A DNA stretch of 32,000 nt from Nitratidesulfovibrio vulgaris str. Hildenborough (GTDB lineage Bacteria; Desulfobacterota; Desulfovibrionia; Desulfovibrionales; Desulfovibrionaceae), in the NCBI RefSeq assembly GCF_000195755.1, contig NC_002937.3, forward strand, positions 1,620,001 through 1,652,000, read 5' to 3'. The position numbers and the translations under genes were made by a program. The notes under the pieces are model-generated. The model saw only the letters and a program-made list of their open reading frames with translations, was not told the DNA's origin and made no database searches. Positions 1 through 7,025 of this stretch are shown here, piece after piece (within the stretch, counting starts at the first letter, position 1; each line of letters starts with the position of its first letter).

Positions 1-1793
1 GACGTCACGACGCCGACGGTGACGGGATGCCCCCCACGGGATGTCGAGAGTGTCGCACCGCCAAGAGGCTGGCTTGCGTCCCATGCGATGCCGGCGAGAG
101 GCGATGCGACGGGGGTTGCGTCGTTCACTCCGTCGGAGTGCAGGTCGAAACGCACCTGCCCCGTCGTGGCTGACAGGGCATCGTCGGCAGAGAGGCCGAA
201 CCCGGTCATGATGCCAAGGACAGTGGCGGAGAGGCCCGCAGCAGCGACATCACCGGTCTGGAGGCCGGGCGTCTCGTCAACTTCGAGGTGCGCGGCGTGT
301 CCCGGAACGTCTGCCGAGGTTTCGATAACCGGCCTGTCTTCAGTGCGGGAGACCGTGATGGTGGTGGTCGTCTCTGCACGGTTGTTGCCCGTGGTCAACT
401 CGCCGTCAGTGGCGGAAGACTCTTCGGCGATGGCTGCCACGGTGATGGTCGTGCCCGAGGCCCCGTCGGGGCGGGGTGTGCCGTCGCCGTGGCGCGTGTC
501 AGACCAGTCGCGGGTGGCGAAGGTGAGGTCGGCCTCCACTGCCCACGAATCGCCGGAGTTGACTCCGCCGGCATGTGCCGTGGTATCGCCCGTGACCTCG
601 ATGCAGAGCGTGTATGTGGTGTTCTCTCCCAGTGCATGGGCGGGCGTGGCGATGGGCAGATGTGTCGCAGGGTCGACGATGATCCAGCCTTGCGGCAGGG
701 TGCCTCCGAGAACCCAGTCGGTCGGGATGTCGCGGACTTCGATGAAGTGGCGCTCCGACCCGTCGAGGTCGGTGAACGTCCCGGACACGTGGATGGCGAC
801 GGGCGTCTCCTCTGTCGCTACGGGGGTGGGGGTCTCTGCTTCGAGTACGGGCCTGTCGGCAACGGCGTCCACGACCAGTTGCACGGTGGTGGAGAGCGTG
901 TCCGTGAGACCGGAATCGGGGTCGGTGATGACGGCGTTCGCCGTGAGGGTCATGTCCCGTGAACTGTCTTCGGGCGGGCGGATGAAGATGCCTTCGGCAA
1001 GCTGCCCCGGGGTCAGGGTGACGGACTGGTCGGGTGCGGTGATGACGATGAGCGCACCGCCGAATGACGGGTCGCCGATGCTGAGGCTGGTGCCCACATC
1101 GAACCCGGACAGCGTCAGGCTGACCAGTTCTTCGTTGTCTGCGGGCGTGAAGGCGACATCAAGCTGTATGGGCGTCGTGGTCGCATCGCCGAGGTGTTGC
1201 CCCGGCTGGTTGTCCTCGAAACCGCCCAGAGTGCCGGATATCGTGCCATCCGGCAGAGTCGTATTGATGGTGATGGAGAGTGCGCCCCCGGCAGGGTCGA
1301 TCACGCCTTCGTCCTCGATGCGTGGTTCTGTCGTCCTGTCCCAGTATGTGGTCGTCAGGGGGTCGAGTCTGTCGACAGAGTCGACGAGTCGTCCGGCATC
1401 GTCGTCGTACTCGCCCACGCCGCCACCGGCACCGCTGCCACCGCCGGCACCCGGCCCCGCAGCGGGGAGCAATTCTGCGTCTATGGCTGCCAGAAAGTCG
1501 TATCCCGGGAAGGAGGTGCCGTCAGGAAGAATGAAGTCGGGCAGTTCTGCTCCGTCAGTCACCGTATAGAATCCGTCTAGAACGAGTCTTGCCCCATCAG
1601 GGAAGTTGAATACGAGCGCATCGCCCTCTCGCTCAATGGTCGCGGCATCAGTCGGAAAATCAAGCAGGATGCGTGCAGCCCCGGCGACACTGTGATGTTG
1701 CTCGACAGTCCTTGCGGGCACAGACAGTGTGATGGTGTTTCCATTATCCGCAGCGGCCTGATGCAGGGGGGATTGAGGGCGGATGTTGCTCAT
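1..1793 (-). CDS. N-terminal ~597 codons of a very large secreted repeat adhesin (BapA/LapA-like type I secretion substrate); the rest runs off the window
   Basis: Absent from the ORF track because it is open at the window edge. Reading the reverse complement from ATG (CAT at 1791-1793) gives MSNIRPQSPLHQAAADNGNTITLSVPARTVEQHH...ATIEREGDALVFNFPDGARLVLDGFYTV..., with no stop down to position 1. It has a BapA-prefix-like module (GDxLvFxFxDGxxLvLxxF) and a Gly-rich linker (GPGAGGGSGAGGGVGEYDDD). D/T/V-rich Ig-like repeat sequence follows (VQLVVDAVADRPVLEAE, TFTDLDGSERHFIEV). Confidence 0.8.
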   Translation of the reverse strand, partial: MSNIRPQSPLHQAAADNGNTITLSVPARTVEQHHSVAGAARILLDFPTDAATIEREGDALVFNFPDGARLVLDGFYTVTDGAELPDFILPDGTSFPGYDFLAAIDAELLPAAGPGAGGGSGAGGGVGEYDDDAGRLVDSVDRLDPLTTTYWDRTTEPRIEDEGVIDPAGGALSITINTTLPDGTISGTLGGFEDNQPGQHLGDATTTPIQLDVAFTPADNEELVSLTLSGFDVGTSLSIGDPSFGGALIVITAPDQSVTLTPGQLAEGIFIRPPEDSSRDMTLTANAVITDPDSGLTDTLSTTVQLVVDAVADRPVLEAETPTPVATEETPVAIHVSGTFTDLDGSERHFIEVRDIPTDWVLGGTLPQGWIIVDPATHLPIATPAHALGENTTYTLCIEVTGDTTAHAGGVNSGDSWAVEADLTFATRDWSDTRHGDGTPRPDGASGTTITVAAIAEESSATDGELTTGNNRAETTTTITVSRTEDRPVIETSADVPGHAAHLEVDETPGLQTGDVAAAGLSATVLGIMTGFGLSADDALSATTGQVRFDLHSDGVNDATPVASPLAGIAWDASQPLGGATLSTSRGGHPVTVGVVT

Positions 1794-1931
1794 GGGTTTT
1801 CCGTTATTTTGTTTTGTGTGAGCTTCTCTGTGTCAGTGTCAAAGCGCATTTCCGGAACTGTGCAGGGTATCACCATGGTGTTCTGCAAGAGGATTGAAAT
1901 ATGCATGGTGAGAGCCTTGTTTCAACACTGC

Positions 1932-1960
1932 GATATAAATGCAGCTGACAATTGTGGCAA
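1932..1960 (-). promoter_or_regulatory. Candidate sigma70 promoter for the adhesin gene
   Basis: Minus strand reads TTGCCA-17 nt-TATATC (plus strand gatata 1932-1937, tggcaa 1955-1960). It lies downstream of a terminator-like hairpin and about 130 nt upstream of the adhesin ATG. Pattern match only. Confidence 0.2.
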
Positions 1961-2059
1961 TGCAATTGGTGGATGGCGTAGTGAAATACGGCATGGGAGT
2001 ATGAAGAGCCCCCATACAGTCGAGTAGGGAGCTTTAGAAAAAGCCGTGTAAAATCATGG

Positions 2060-2088
2060 AAAAAATCTGGGGAGGGGGCTTGGCTCCC
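2060..2088 (-). terminator. Possible rho-independent terminator of the PAS regulator gene
   Basis: Minus strand has a GGGAG/CTCCC 5-bp stem (plus 2070-2074 pairs with 2084-2088) and a 9-nt loop, followed by TTTTTT (plus-strand A-run 2060-2065). The stem is short. Confidence 0.35.
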
Positions 2089-2187
2089 TGAATCTGAAGG
2101 TAGGGAGCGTAACCTGTGCCGAGTACAGGAAAGGGAGGGTGAATACCCTAAGCCGGGGGAGTGTGCAAGCCGTTGACGATGGGGGCC

Positions 2188-3813
2188 TCAGCGGCAGCCT
2201 CCGTCCTGTTGCATGCCACGTACCAGCCAGTCGATGGAACGGCCTGTGCGAAGGCCTGTATCGATGATCCAGTCGGGGGGGACCCGGTCGTTTTTGCGGG
2301 CGTTGGAAATGGACGCGGCAGAGACATTGAGGAAGCGGGCCAGTTCCCTGTCTGTTTTCGCTCTTGCAGCTTCTTTCAGGCGTTCGATGACCATCGAGGC
2401 TTGGCGCAGTTCCATCTCGCCGCCGATGTCGCGGGCAACGACATACATCCGTGGTTCGCCATAGATGGTGTCGTTGAATACGAGTCTTGCGAGCACGGTC
2501 GTATATGAACCCGTCAGATTGCGAATCCGGCATTCGATGTGCTGTTCGCGATGTTCACGCAAGGCGGCATGGAGCGCCTGCCGCACCTTGGGCAGGTCGT
2601 CGACGTCGAGCAGGTCGAGAACGGGGCGCATGTCGAGGGTGTACGCCTCGAAGGGTTCGCGCTTGCCGAAAATGGATGGCGAGAGGGTCTGCAATGATCG
2701 ACGCAGGATGCGTCCCTGGTCGTCGGTGACCACCACCACGTCGGACTCCGTCGCGCGTAGTTGCTCCATGAATACGTTCTCCTGCCGCACCTTGCCGGAG
2801 ATGTCCTGTGCGATGCCAAGCAACCCGATGACCTCTTGCCGGGCATCATCGAAGATGGGGCGGCGTACCGTGCGGAACCATACTGCGGGGTCGAGCAGGT
2901 GGGGTACGGCAGGGTGCAGCAACTCCTGTTTCTCTTCGAACACTCGCAACGCCGCCTCCACCAGATAGCGAGCCTGTTCTGCAGGCAGAAAGTCATGCTC
3001 GGTGCGCCCAATGACGTCGTTGCGGTTACGGTTGTAGGCTTCGAGGTAGCTGTCGTTGACGGCGACGATGCGCAGGTCGCGTCCGCACACCCACGCCACG
3101 CCTGGCAGGGCATCGACGATGCGTGCGAAGTCGTTGGCAAGCTTGGACGAGAACACGAAGGGGCGTTGCTGGAAATAACCGCTGTAGGCGACCATCGACC
3201 CCGAAGCGTCCCGGATGGATTCGGCACTGTACCAGAGGATGAGCGGTGAACCGTCCTTGCGGCGCAACGTCACCTCGCCGTTCTCCACTTCCTTCTTCTC
3301 GAGCAATTGGCTGACGACGCGCCGCCGTGCGGTATCCGTGTAATAGAACTGTCGCGCCGGTCTGCCGATGAGTTCGTCGGGGGCATAGCCGCAGATGGCG
3401 CTCAGCATGGGGCTGACAGCGCTGATGTTGCCATTGGGCAGGATGGTGAAGCCCATCTCCCGCCCCCCCTCGGTGGTGCGCAATCTGCCCCACGCCAGCA
3501 GAAGCCGTCCTTCCGCAGCGGGAATGGTCAGGGTCTTCCAGTCCACCTGCCTGATGCCGGCACCGTCGGGTAGCGCCATGCGCAGCCGTGTTTCATGCAC
3601 GGGGGCGGCAGTGTCGCGCTCCGAGGTCCTCATGTTGTCGAGCAATTGCCGCGCCACGCCTTCAGGCTGTGCGCTCGTGTATCCCTCATCGAACAGGCTG
3701 CGAAGAGGCCCGTTCGCGTGCAGCACGTTGCCGTGCCCGTCGAGAAGCAATCCAAGGTCAGGCGAGGCATCGAGGCGCGGCCTGTAGAAGTCGACGAGTT
3801 CGTTCAGGGTCAT
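2188..3813 (-). CDS. Multi-PAS sensory transcriptional regulator with C-terminal phage CI-repressor-type HTH
   Basis: 541-aa ORF. It contains several PAS-like blocks (ISAVSPMLSAICGYAPDELIGRPARQFYY; IVAVNDSYLEAYNRNRNDVIGRTEHDFLP). The C-terminus KTDRELARFLNVSAASISNARKNDRVPPDWIIDTGLRTGRSIDWLVRG matches the CI-repressor HTH pattern (xxSxiSxxkkrxxiPxxWlxxxxxxxgxSxDWLxxG). Confidence 0.85.
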   Translation of the reverse strand: MTLNELVDFYRPRLDASPDLGLLLDGHGNVLHANGPLRSLFDEGYTSAQPEGVARQLLDNMRTSERDTAAPVHETRLRMALPDGAGIRQVDWKTLTIPAAEGRLLLAWGRLRTTEGGREMGFTILPNGNISAVSPMLSAICGYAPDELIGRPARQFYYTDTARRRVVSQLLEKKEVENGEVTLRRKDGSPLILWYSAESIRDASGSMVAYSGYFQQRPFVFSSKLANDFARIVDALPGVAWVCGRDLRIVAVNDSYLEAYNRNRNDVIGRTEHDFLPAEQARYLVEAALRVFEEKQELLHPAVPHLLDPAVWFRTVRRPIFDDARQEVIGLLGIAQDISGKVRQENVFMEQLRATESDVVVVTDDQGRILRRSLQTLSPSIFGKREPFEAYTLDMRPVLDLLDVDDLPKVRQALHAALREHREQHIECRIRNLTGSYTTVLARLVFNDTIYGEPRMYVVARDIGGEMELRQASMVIERLKEAARAKTDRELARFLNVSAASISNARKNDRVPPDWIIDTGLRTGRSIDWLVRGMQQDGGCR

Positions 3814-3843
3814 GGTTCATCCGCATTGAACAGCAGGGCTTGG

Positions 3844-3882
3844 CATTCATCAGATATGAATGAAAAATGAAAAGACATTCAT
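3844..3882. promoter_or_regulatory. Candidate operator: perfect inverted repeat CATTCAT-N5-ATGAATG plus a third CATTCAT half-site
   Basis: cattcat 3844-3850, cagat 3851-3855, atgaatg 3856-3862, and a further cattcat at 3876-3882 abutting a TTGACG -35-like hexamer. It lies in the 150-bp divergent region between the PAS/CI-HTH regulator and the FadL-like gene. Confidence 0.35.
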
Positions 3883-3909
3883 TGACGTTTTATTTCTGAC
3901 TGCTACAGT
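3882..3909 (+). promoter_or_regulatory. Candidate sigma70 promoter of the FadL-family gene
   Basis: TTGACG (3882-3887), 16-nt spacer, TACAGT (3904-3909). About 55 nt upstream of the ATG at 3964, which is preceded by AGGAAG. Confidence 0.3.
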
Positions 3910-3963
3910 CCTCTCGCCCTGTCAACCCTGACAGGAAAAATCACGTTCTTACAGGAAGATGTC

Positions 3964-5178
3964 ATGCGGAAAGTTCTTCTCGTGTTGTGTCTGGCCTTGT
4001 GTCCGTTGCAGGCATGGGCTGCCGGCTACGGCGTCTATGAGTGGAGTGCACGTGGCAACGCGCTTGGCGGTGCCATGGTCGCCCGGGACGCCGACCCCTC
4101 GTCTGTCGCCTACAACCCTGCCGCCATCACCGACCTTGAGGGTGCGCAGATCCAGATGGGGGCCACAGCCATCGCCCCTACGGCGAAGATGACCTCCAAT
4201 ACGCCCGGCAAGCGTGATGCCGAGTTCTCCGACTCCATCTGGGGGCTGCCCACCTTCTACTACACGCAGCAGCTTTCGGATAACTACTGGTTCGGTTTCG
4301 GCATGTTCTCGCGTGTTGGCCTCGGCACCGACTACAAGGACACCGATACATGGCCGGGGCGCTATAACTGTTCATACGCCGCCATCCATTCGGTGTCGCT
4401 CAACCCCAACCTTGCCATGAAACTCACTGATGAGCTTTCCGTGGCATTCGGCCTTGATGCGACCTACCTGCGATTCATGTACGACACCACTATTTCTCCT
4501 GTCGATGTCATGCAGCAGATAGACGCCGACGGTTGGGCCTACGGCCTCAACCTCGGTGCCCGCTACAAGCCCTACGACTGGCTGGCTTTCGGTGTGGCGT
4601 GGCGTAGCGAGATGCAACTCACGGTCAACGGCAACGTCGACTTCACGCAAAAGGGCGCTGTTCCCGCTCCTGCCGCTCGCGACGTACGCGGTACGGAACC
4701 CATACCCGAAAGCATCACCTTTGGTGTGATGGTGAAGCCTTTCGACAAGCTGAGCCTTGAAGTCGACGCCGTGTGGACGCGCTGGAGTGCCTACAACACA
4801 CTCGTCATCAATTATGATCCCGCCCTGTACGGCAAATCGAGTGTTTCGGCGGAGAAGAACTGGAAGAACACATGGCGTTTGCAGTTCGGTGCCGAATATG
4901 CCCTCACCGACAGCATCGACCTGCGCGCAGGCTACGTGTACGACCAGACCCCTGTCGATGACGCGCATGAGGATTACGCCGTGCCCTGTTCCGACAGGCA
5001 GATTGCCACCACCGGTATCGGCTGGAAGATCAACGAAGCATGGGTGCTCGACGCCTCCTACAGCTATCTCTGGATGACCGACCGAGAGTACGAGGCCCGT
5101 TCCGGTGGCATCTACGACTCCACCCGCGAGGATGCGCATGCGCACATGGCGGGGTTGAGCCTTACCTACAAGTTCTAG
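3964..5178 (+). CDS. Outer-membrane transport protein, OmpP1/FadL/TodX family (hydrophobic-compound channel)
   Basis: 404-aa ORF. Signal peptide MRKVLLVLCLALCPLQAWA|AGYG. N-terminal FadL-type hatch motif (YEWSARGNALGGAMVARDADPSSVAYNPAAI). Alternating beta-strand pattern with C-terminal ...LSLTYKF ending in an aromatic residue. Confidence 0.9.
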   Translation: MRKVLLVLCLALCPLQAWAAGYGVYEWSARGNALGGAMVARDADPSSVAYNPAAITDLEGAQIQMGATAIAPTAKMTSNTPGKRDAEFSDSIWGLPTFYYTQQLSDNYWFGFGMFSRVGLGTDYKDTDTWPGRYNCSYAAIHSVSLNPNLAMKLTDELSVAFGLDATYLRFMYDTTISPVDVMQQIDADGWAYGLNLGARYKPYDWLAFGVAWRSEMQLTVNGNVDFTQKGAVPAPAARDVRGTEPIPESITFGVMVKPFDKLSLEVDAVWTRWSAYNTLVINYDPALYGKSSVSAEKNWKNTWRLQFGAEYALTDSIDLRAGYVYDQTPVDDAHEDYAVPCSDRQIATTGIGWKINEAWVLDASYSYLWMTDREYEARSGGIYDSTREDAHAHMAGLSLTYKF

Positions 5179-5251
5179 CCCCGAGAGTGTGAAGGCGCGC
5201 GCGAAGTATTCTCCCGCGCCACTCTCGCCACGAGGGGAAGGCTTATGTCAG

Positions 5252-5283
5252 AAAAGAGCCGGGACATCGTTCCCGGCTCTTTT
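5252..5283 (+). terminator. Rho-independent terminator after the FadL-family gene
   Basis: 13-bp perfect stem AAAAGAGCCGGGA / TCCCGGCTCTTTT (5252-5264 pairs with 5271-5283) with a 6-nt loop. The T-rich 3' side means it could act in both directions. Confidence 0.7.
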
Positions 5284-5486
5284 CGCGTGAGAGTGGGGGA
5301 CTTGTGGGCTTGTAAATCTCCGCCTGTCCGTGCAGAGACAAAGAGGAGAAAGGCAGCCGGAATGGCTGTCGTGTTCGCCGCGTGCGGTGCGCTTTGGTCT
5401 CTGGCGCATGACGTGTGGCGGTTGGTGGGGCTTCATCTCCGGAGCGGGTGTTCACGTCCTTACGACAGGAGTTCGACTTGGACCTC

Positions 5487-6230
5487 ATGTTCAGGCTTTA
5501 CGAGGGGCTCGAAAGGCTCGGCCCCGGAAGCGCTGCGTCCACCGCCCGTGCCCTTGCGCTGGCGGGCGCGTTGCCAGCAGGTGCCCGGATTCTGGATATC
5601 GGTTGCGGAACGGGCGCGCAGACGCTCGACCTGCTGCGCCAGTGCGACTGCCACGTCACCGCAGTGGACATGCATCAGCCGTTTCTGGATTCTCTTATGG
5701 CGAGGGCGGAAGGGGCAGGGCTGGCGTCGCGGGTGCGCACGCTTTGTGCCGACATGAACGCGCTGGAACTTCCCGACGGCGCATATGACGTGCTGTGGTC
5801 GGAGGGTGCCATCTACCACATGGGGTTCGATGTCGGGCTTACGCAGTGGCGCCGCCTGTTGCGGCCGGAAGGTGTTCTTGTCGTTTCCGAGATGTCGTGG
5901 TTTGTGGACAGCCCCCCACAAGACGCGCTGGACTTCTGGCGGGAGGGATACCCGCAGATGCGGCACGAGAATGCCAATGCCGAAGCCATGGAACGACACG
6001 GGTATGAACTTCTCGGTTCATTCCGGCTGCCGGTGGCGGACTGGTGGGACGTGTACTACGCTGACCTGACCGTAAGGCTTGAGGCGTTCGAGACACTGTA
6101 TGGCTCAACAGAGGAGGGGCGTGCCATCATCGATGAACAGCGGCGGGAGTTCGACGTCATGCGCCGAGGTGGCGATAGTTGCGGATATGTCTTCTATGTC
6201 GCCCGAAAGCATGGTCAAGGCGTCTGCTAG
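5487..6230 (+). CDS. Class I SAM-dependent methyltransferase
   Basis: Motif I ARILDIGCGTGAQTLDL, then DMNALELPDGAYDVLWSEGAIYHMG and LRPEGVLVVSE. The start is uncertain: the ORF track uses GTG 5415, and GTG 5448 is also in frame. I chose ATG 5487 (MFRLYEGLERLGPGS), where homologous methyltransferases typically begin. Confidence 0.8.
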   Translation: MFRLYEGLERLGPGSAASTARALALAGALPAGARILDIGCGTGAQTLDLLRQCDCHVTAVDMHQPFLDSLMARAEGAGLASRVRTLCADMNALELPDGAYDVLWSEGAIYHMGFDVGLTQWRRLLRPEGVLVVSEMSWFVDSPPQDALDFWREGYPQMRHENANAEAMERHGYELLGSFRLPVADWWDVYYADLTVRLEAFETLYGSTEEGRAIIDEQRREFDVMRRGGDSCGYVFYVARKHGQGVC

Positions 6231-6311
6231 TCGGTGCTCAAGCCACATCTGGGAGACGATGCTCGTATGCGCATCGGCATCTCTCTCCCCTTCCGTGGGG
6301 CGGTTTCAGGT

Positions 6312-6968
6312 TCATAACAGTGAAGGCAGGTCTTCAAGCGTCACATCAGCTTTTTCAAGATGCAAGGCTGACGACGGCCCGGTCATCGCCAGACCATGCA
6401 AGTGGCTGAAGCGAAAGGACATGAGGTCTTCGAGCCGTGTTCGTGTCAGGGTACAGGCAACGACCCGCAGGCAGCCCGCGTGGGTGATGCACACTGCTGG
6501 GCGTGGCCCTTGGGCCATGTGACGCACTGCCGTCATGACACGTCGCTGGACATCGGCGAAGGTCTCGCCGCCCGGAATCTTGAAGTGGGCCATATCGCGC
6601 CCGCGTCGGTTGTATTGCTCAGGTTCCCGCTGGCGTATGGAATCGAAGGTGCGCCCATCCCACTGCCCCATGTCGATTTCGTCCATGTCGTCGATGAGGT
6701 GGACGGTGCATTCGTCGAGGAGGGGGCCTAGCGTGTCGCGGGCGCGGCTGGCCGGGCTTGCATAGAGGGCGGCGGGTCGACATTGTCGCATGACTTTGCA
6801 CAGGGCGGCAGCCTGCCGCAGGCCTTCGGGCGACAGGGGTAACGGGGTACGCCCGATGGCACGCCCTTCTCCGCCTGTGGTGGCGGCGTGGCGCAGCAGG
6901 ATGACGGCGCGGCTGGCATTCTTTTCCGGGGTGTCAGTCGTCTCGAAGGCTGGAACGCCCACAGTCAT
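6312..6968 (-). CDS. Histidine phosphatase family protein (phosphoglycerate mutase / CobC-like branch)
   Basis: 218-aa ORF with the catalytic pattern VILLRHAAT...LYASPASRARDT...EIDMGQWDG...PGGETF...CITHAG. The AAGGAG RBS sits very close to the ATG, so the in-frame GTG at 6962 is an alternative start. Confidence 0.85.
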   Translation of the reverse strand: MTVGVPAFETTDTPEKNASRAVILLRHAATTGGEGRAIGRTPLPLSPEGLRQAAALCKVMRQCRPAALYASPASRARDTLGPLLDECTVHLIDDMDEIDMGQWDGRTFDSIRQREPEQYNRRGRDMAHFKIPGGETFADVQRRVMTAVRHMAQGPRPAVCITHAGCLRVVACTLTRTRLEDLMSFRFSHLHGLAMTGPSSALHLEKADVTLEDLPSLL

Positions 6969-7025
6969 GCTCCTTGATAGGGCTAGTGTCTTCCGGTGGC
7001 TGGGGGCCGGAGGTTCAGACCCTTG

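Noticed and set aside
19-1569. 516-aa plus-strand ORF, the longest ORF in the track for this region
   Set aside because: It is antisense to the adhesin reading frame. Its composition is dominated by S, V, P, R and A with no recognisable domain, whereas the opposite strand gives a clean BapA-like N-terminus with an RBS-proximal ATG. It is a typical GC-rich shadow ORF.
1955-1969. Sigma54-like TGGCAA-N5-TTGG on the plus strand in the adhesin upstream region
   Set aside because: The essential -12 GC is GG. The element also points toward the 3' end of the PAS regulator gene, where there is no plus-strand gene to drive.
1794-2187. Search for a c-di-GMP (GEMM-type) riboswitch in the long adhesin leader
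   Set aside because: I could not find the conserved GEMM blocks (GNRA-capped P1 with receptor, CGCAAAGC-like core). Only a 10-bp palindrome CACCATGGTG and generic hairpins are present. A covariance-model scan would be needed to be sure.
4372-5145. 257-aa minus-strand ORF
   Set aside because: It is antisense to the FadL-family gene, which has a signal peptide, a beta-barrel pattern and a terminal Phe. The antisense ORF has no motifs.
5362-5757. Internal Met of ORF 5245-5757 with an upstream AGGAG/AAAGG and a hydrophobic start (MAVVFAACGALWSLAHDVW...)
   Set aside because: After ~25 residues the frame runs out of frame through the SAM methyltransferase gene as Arg/Pro/Trp-rich nonsense. A short leader peptide cannot be excluded, but nothing supports it.
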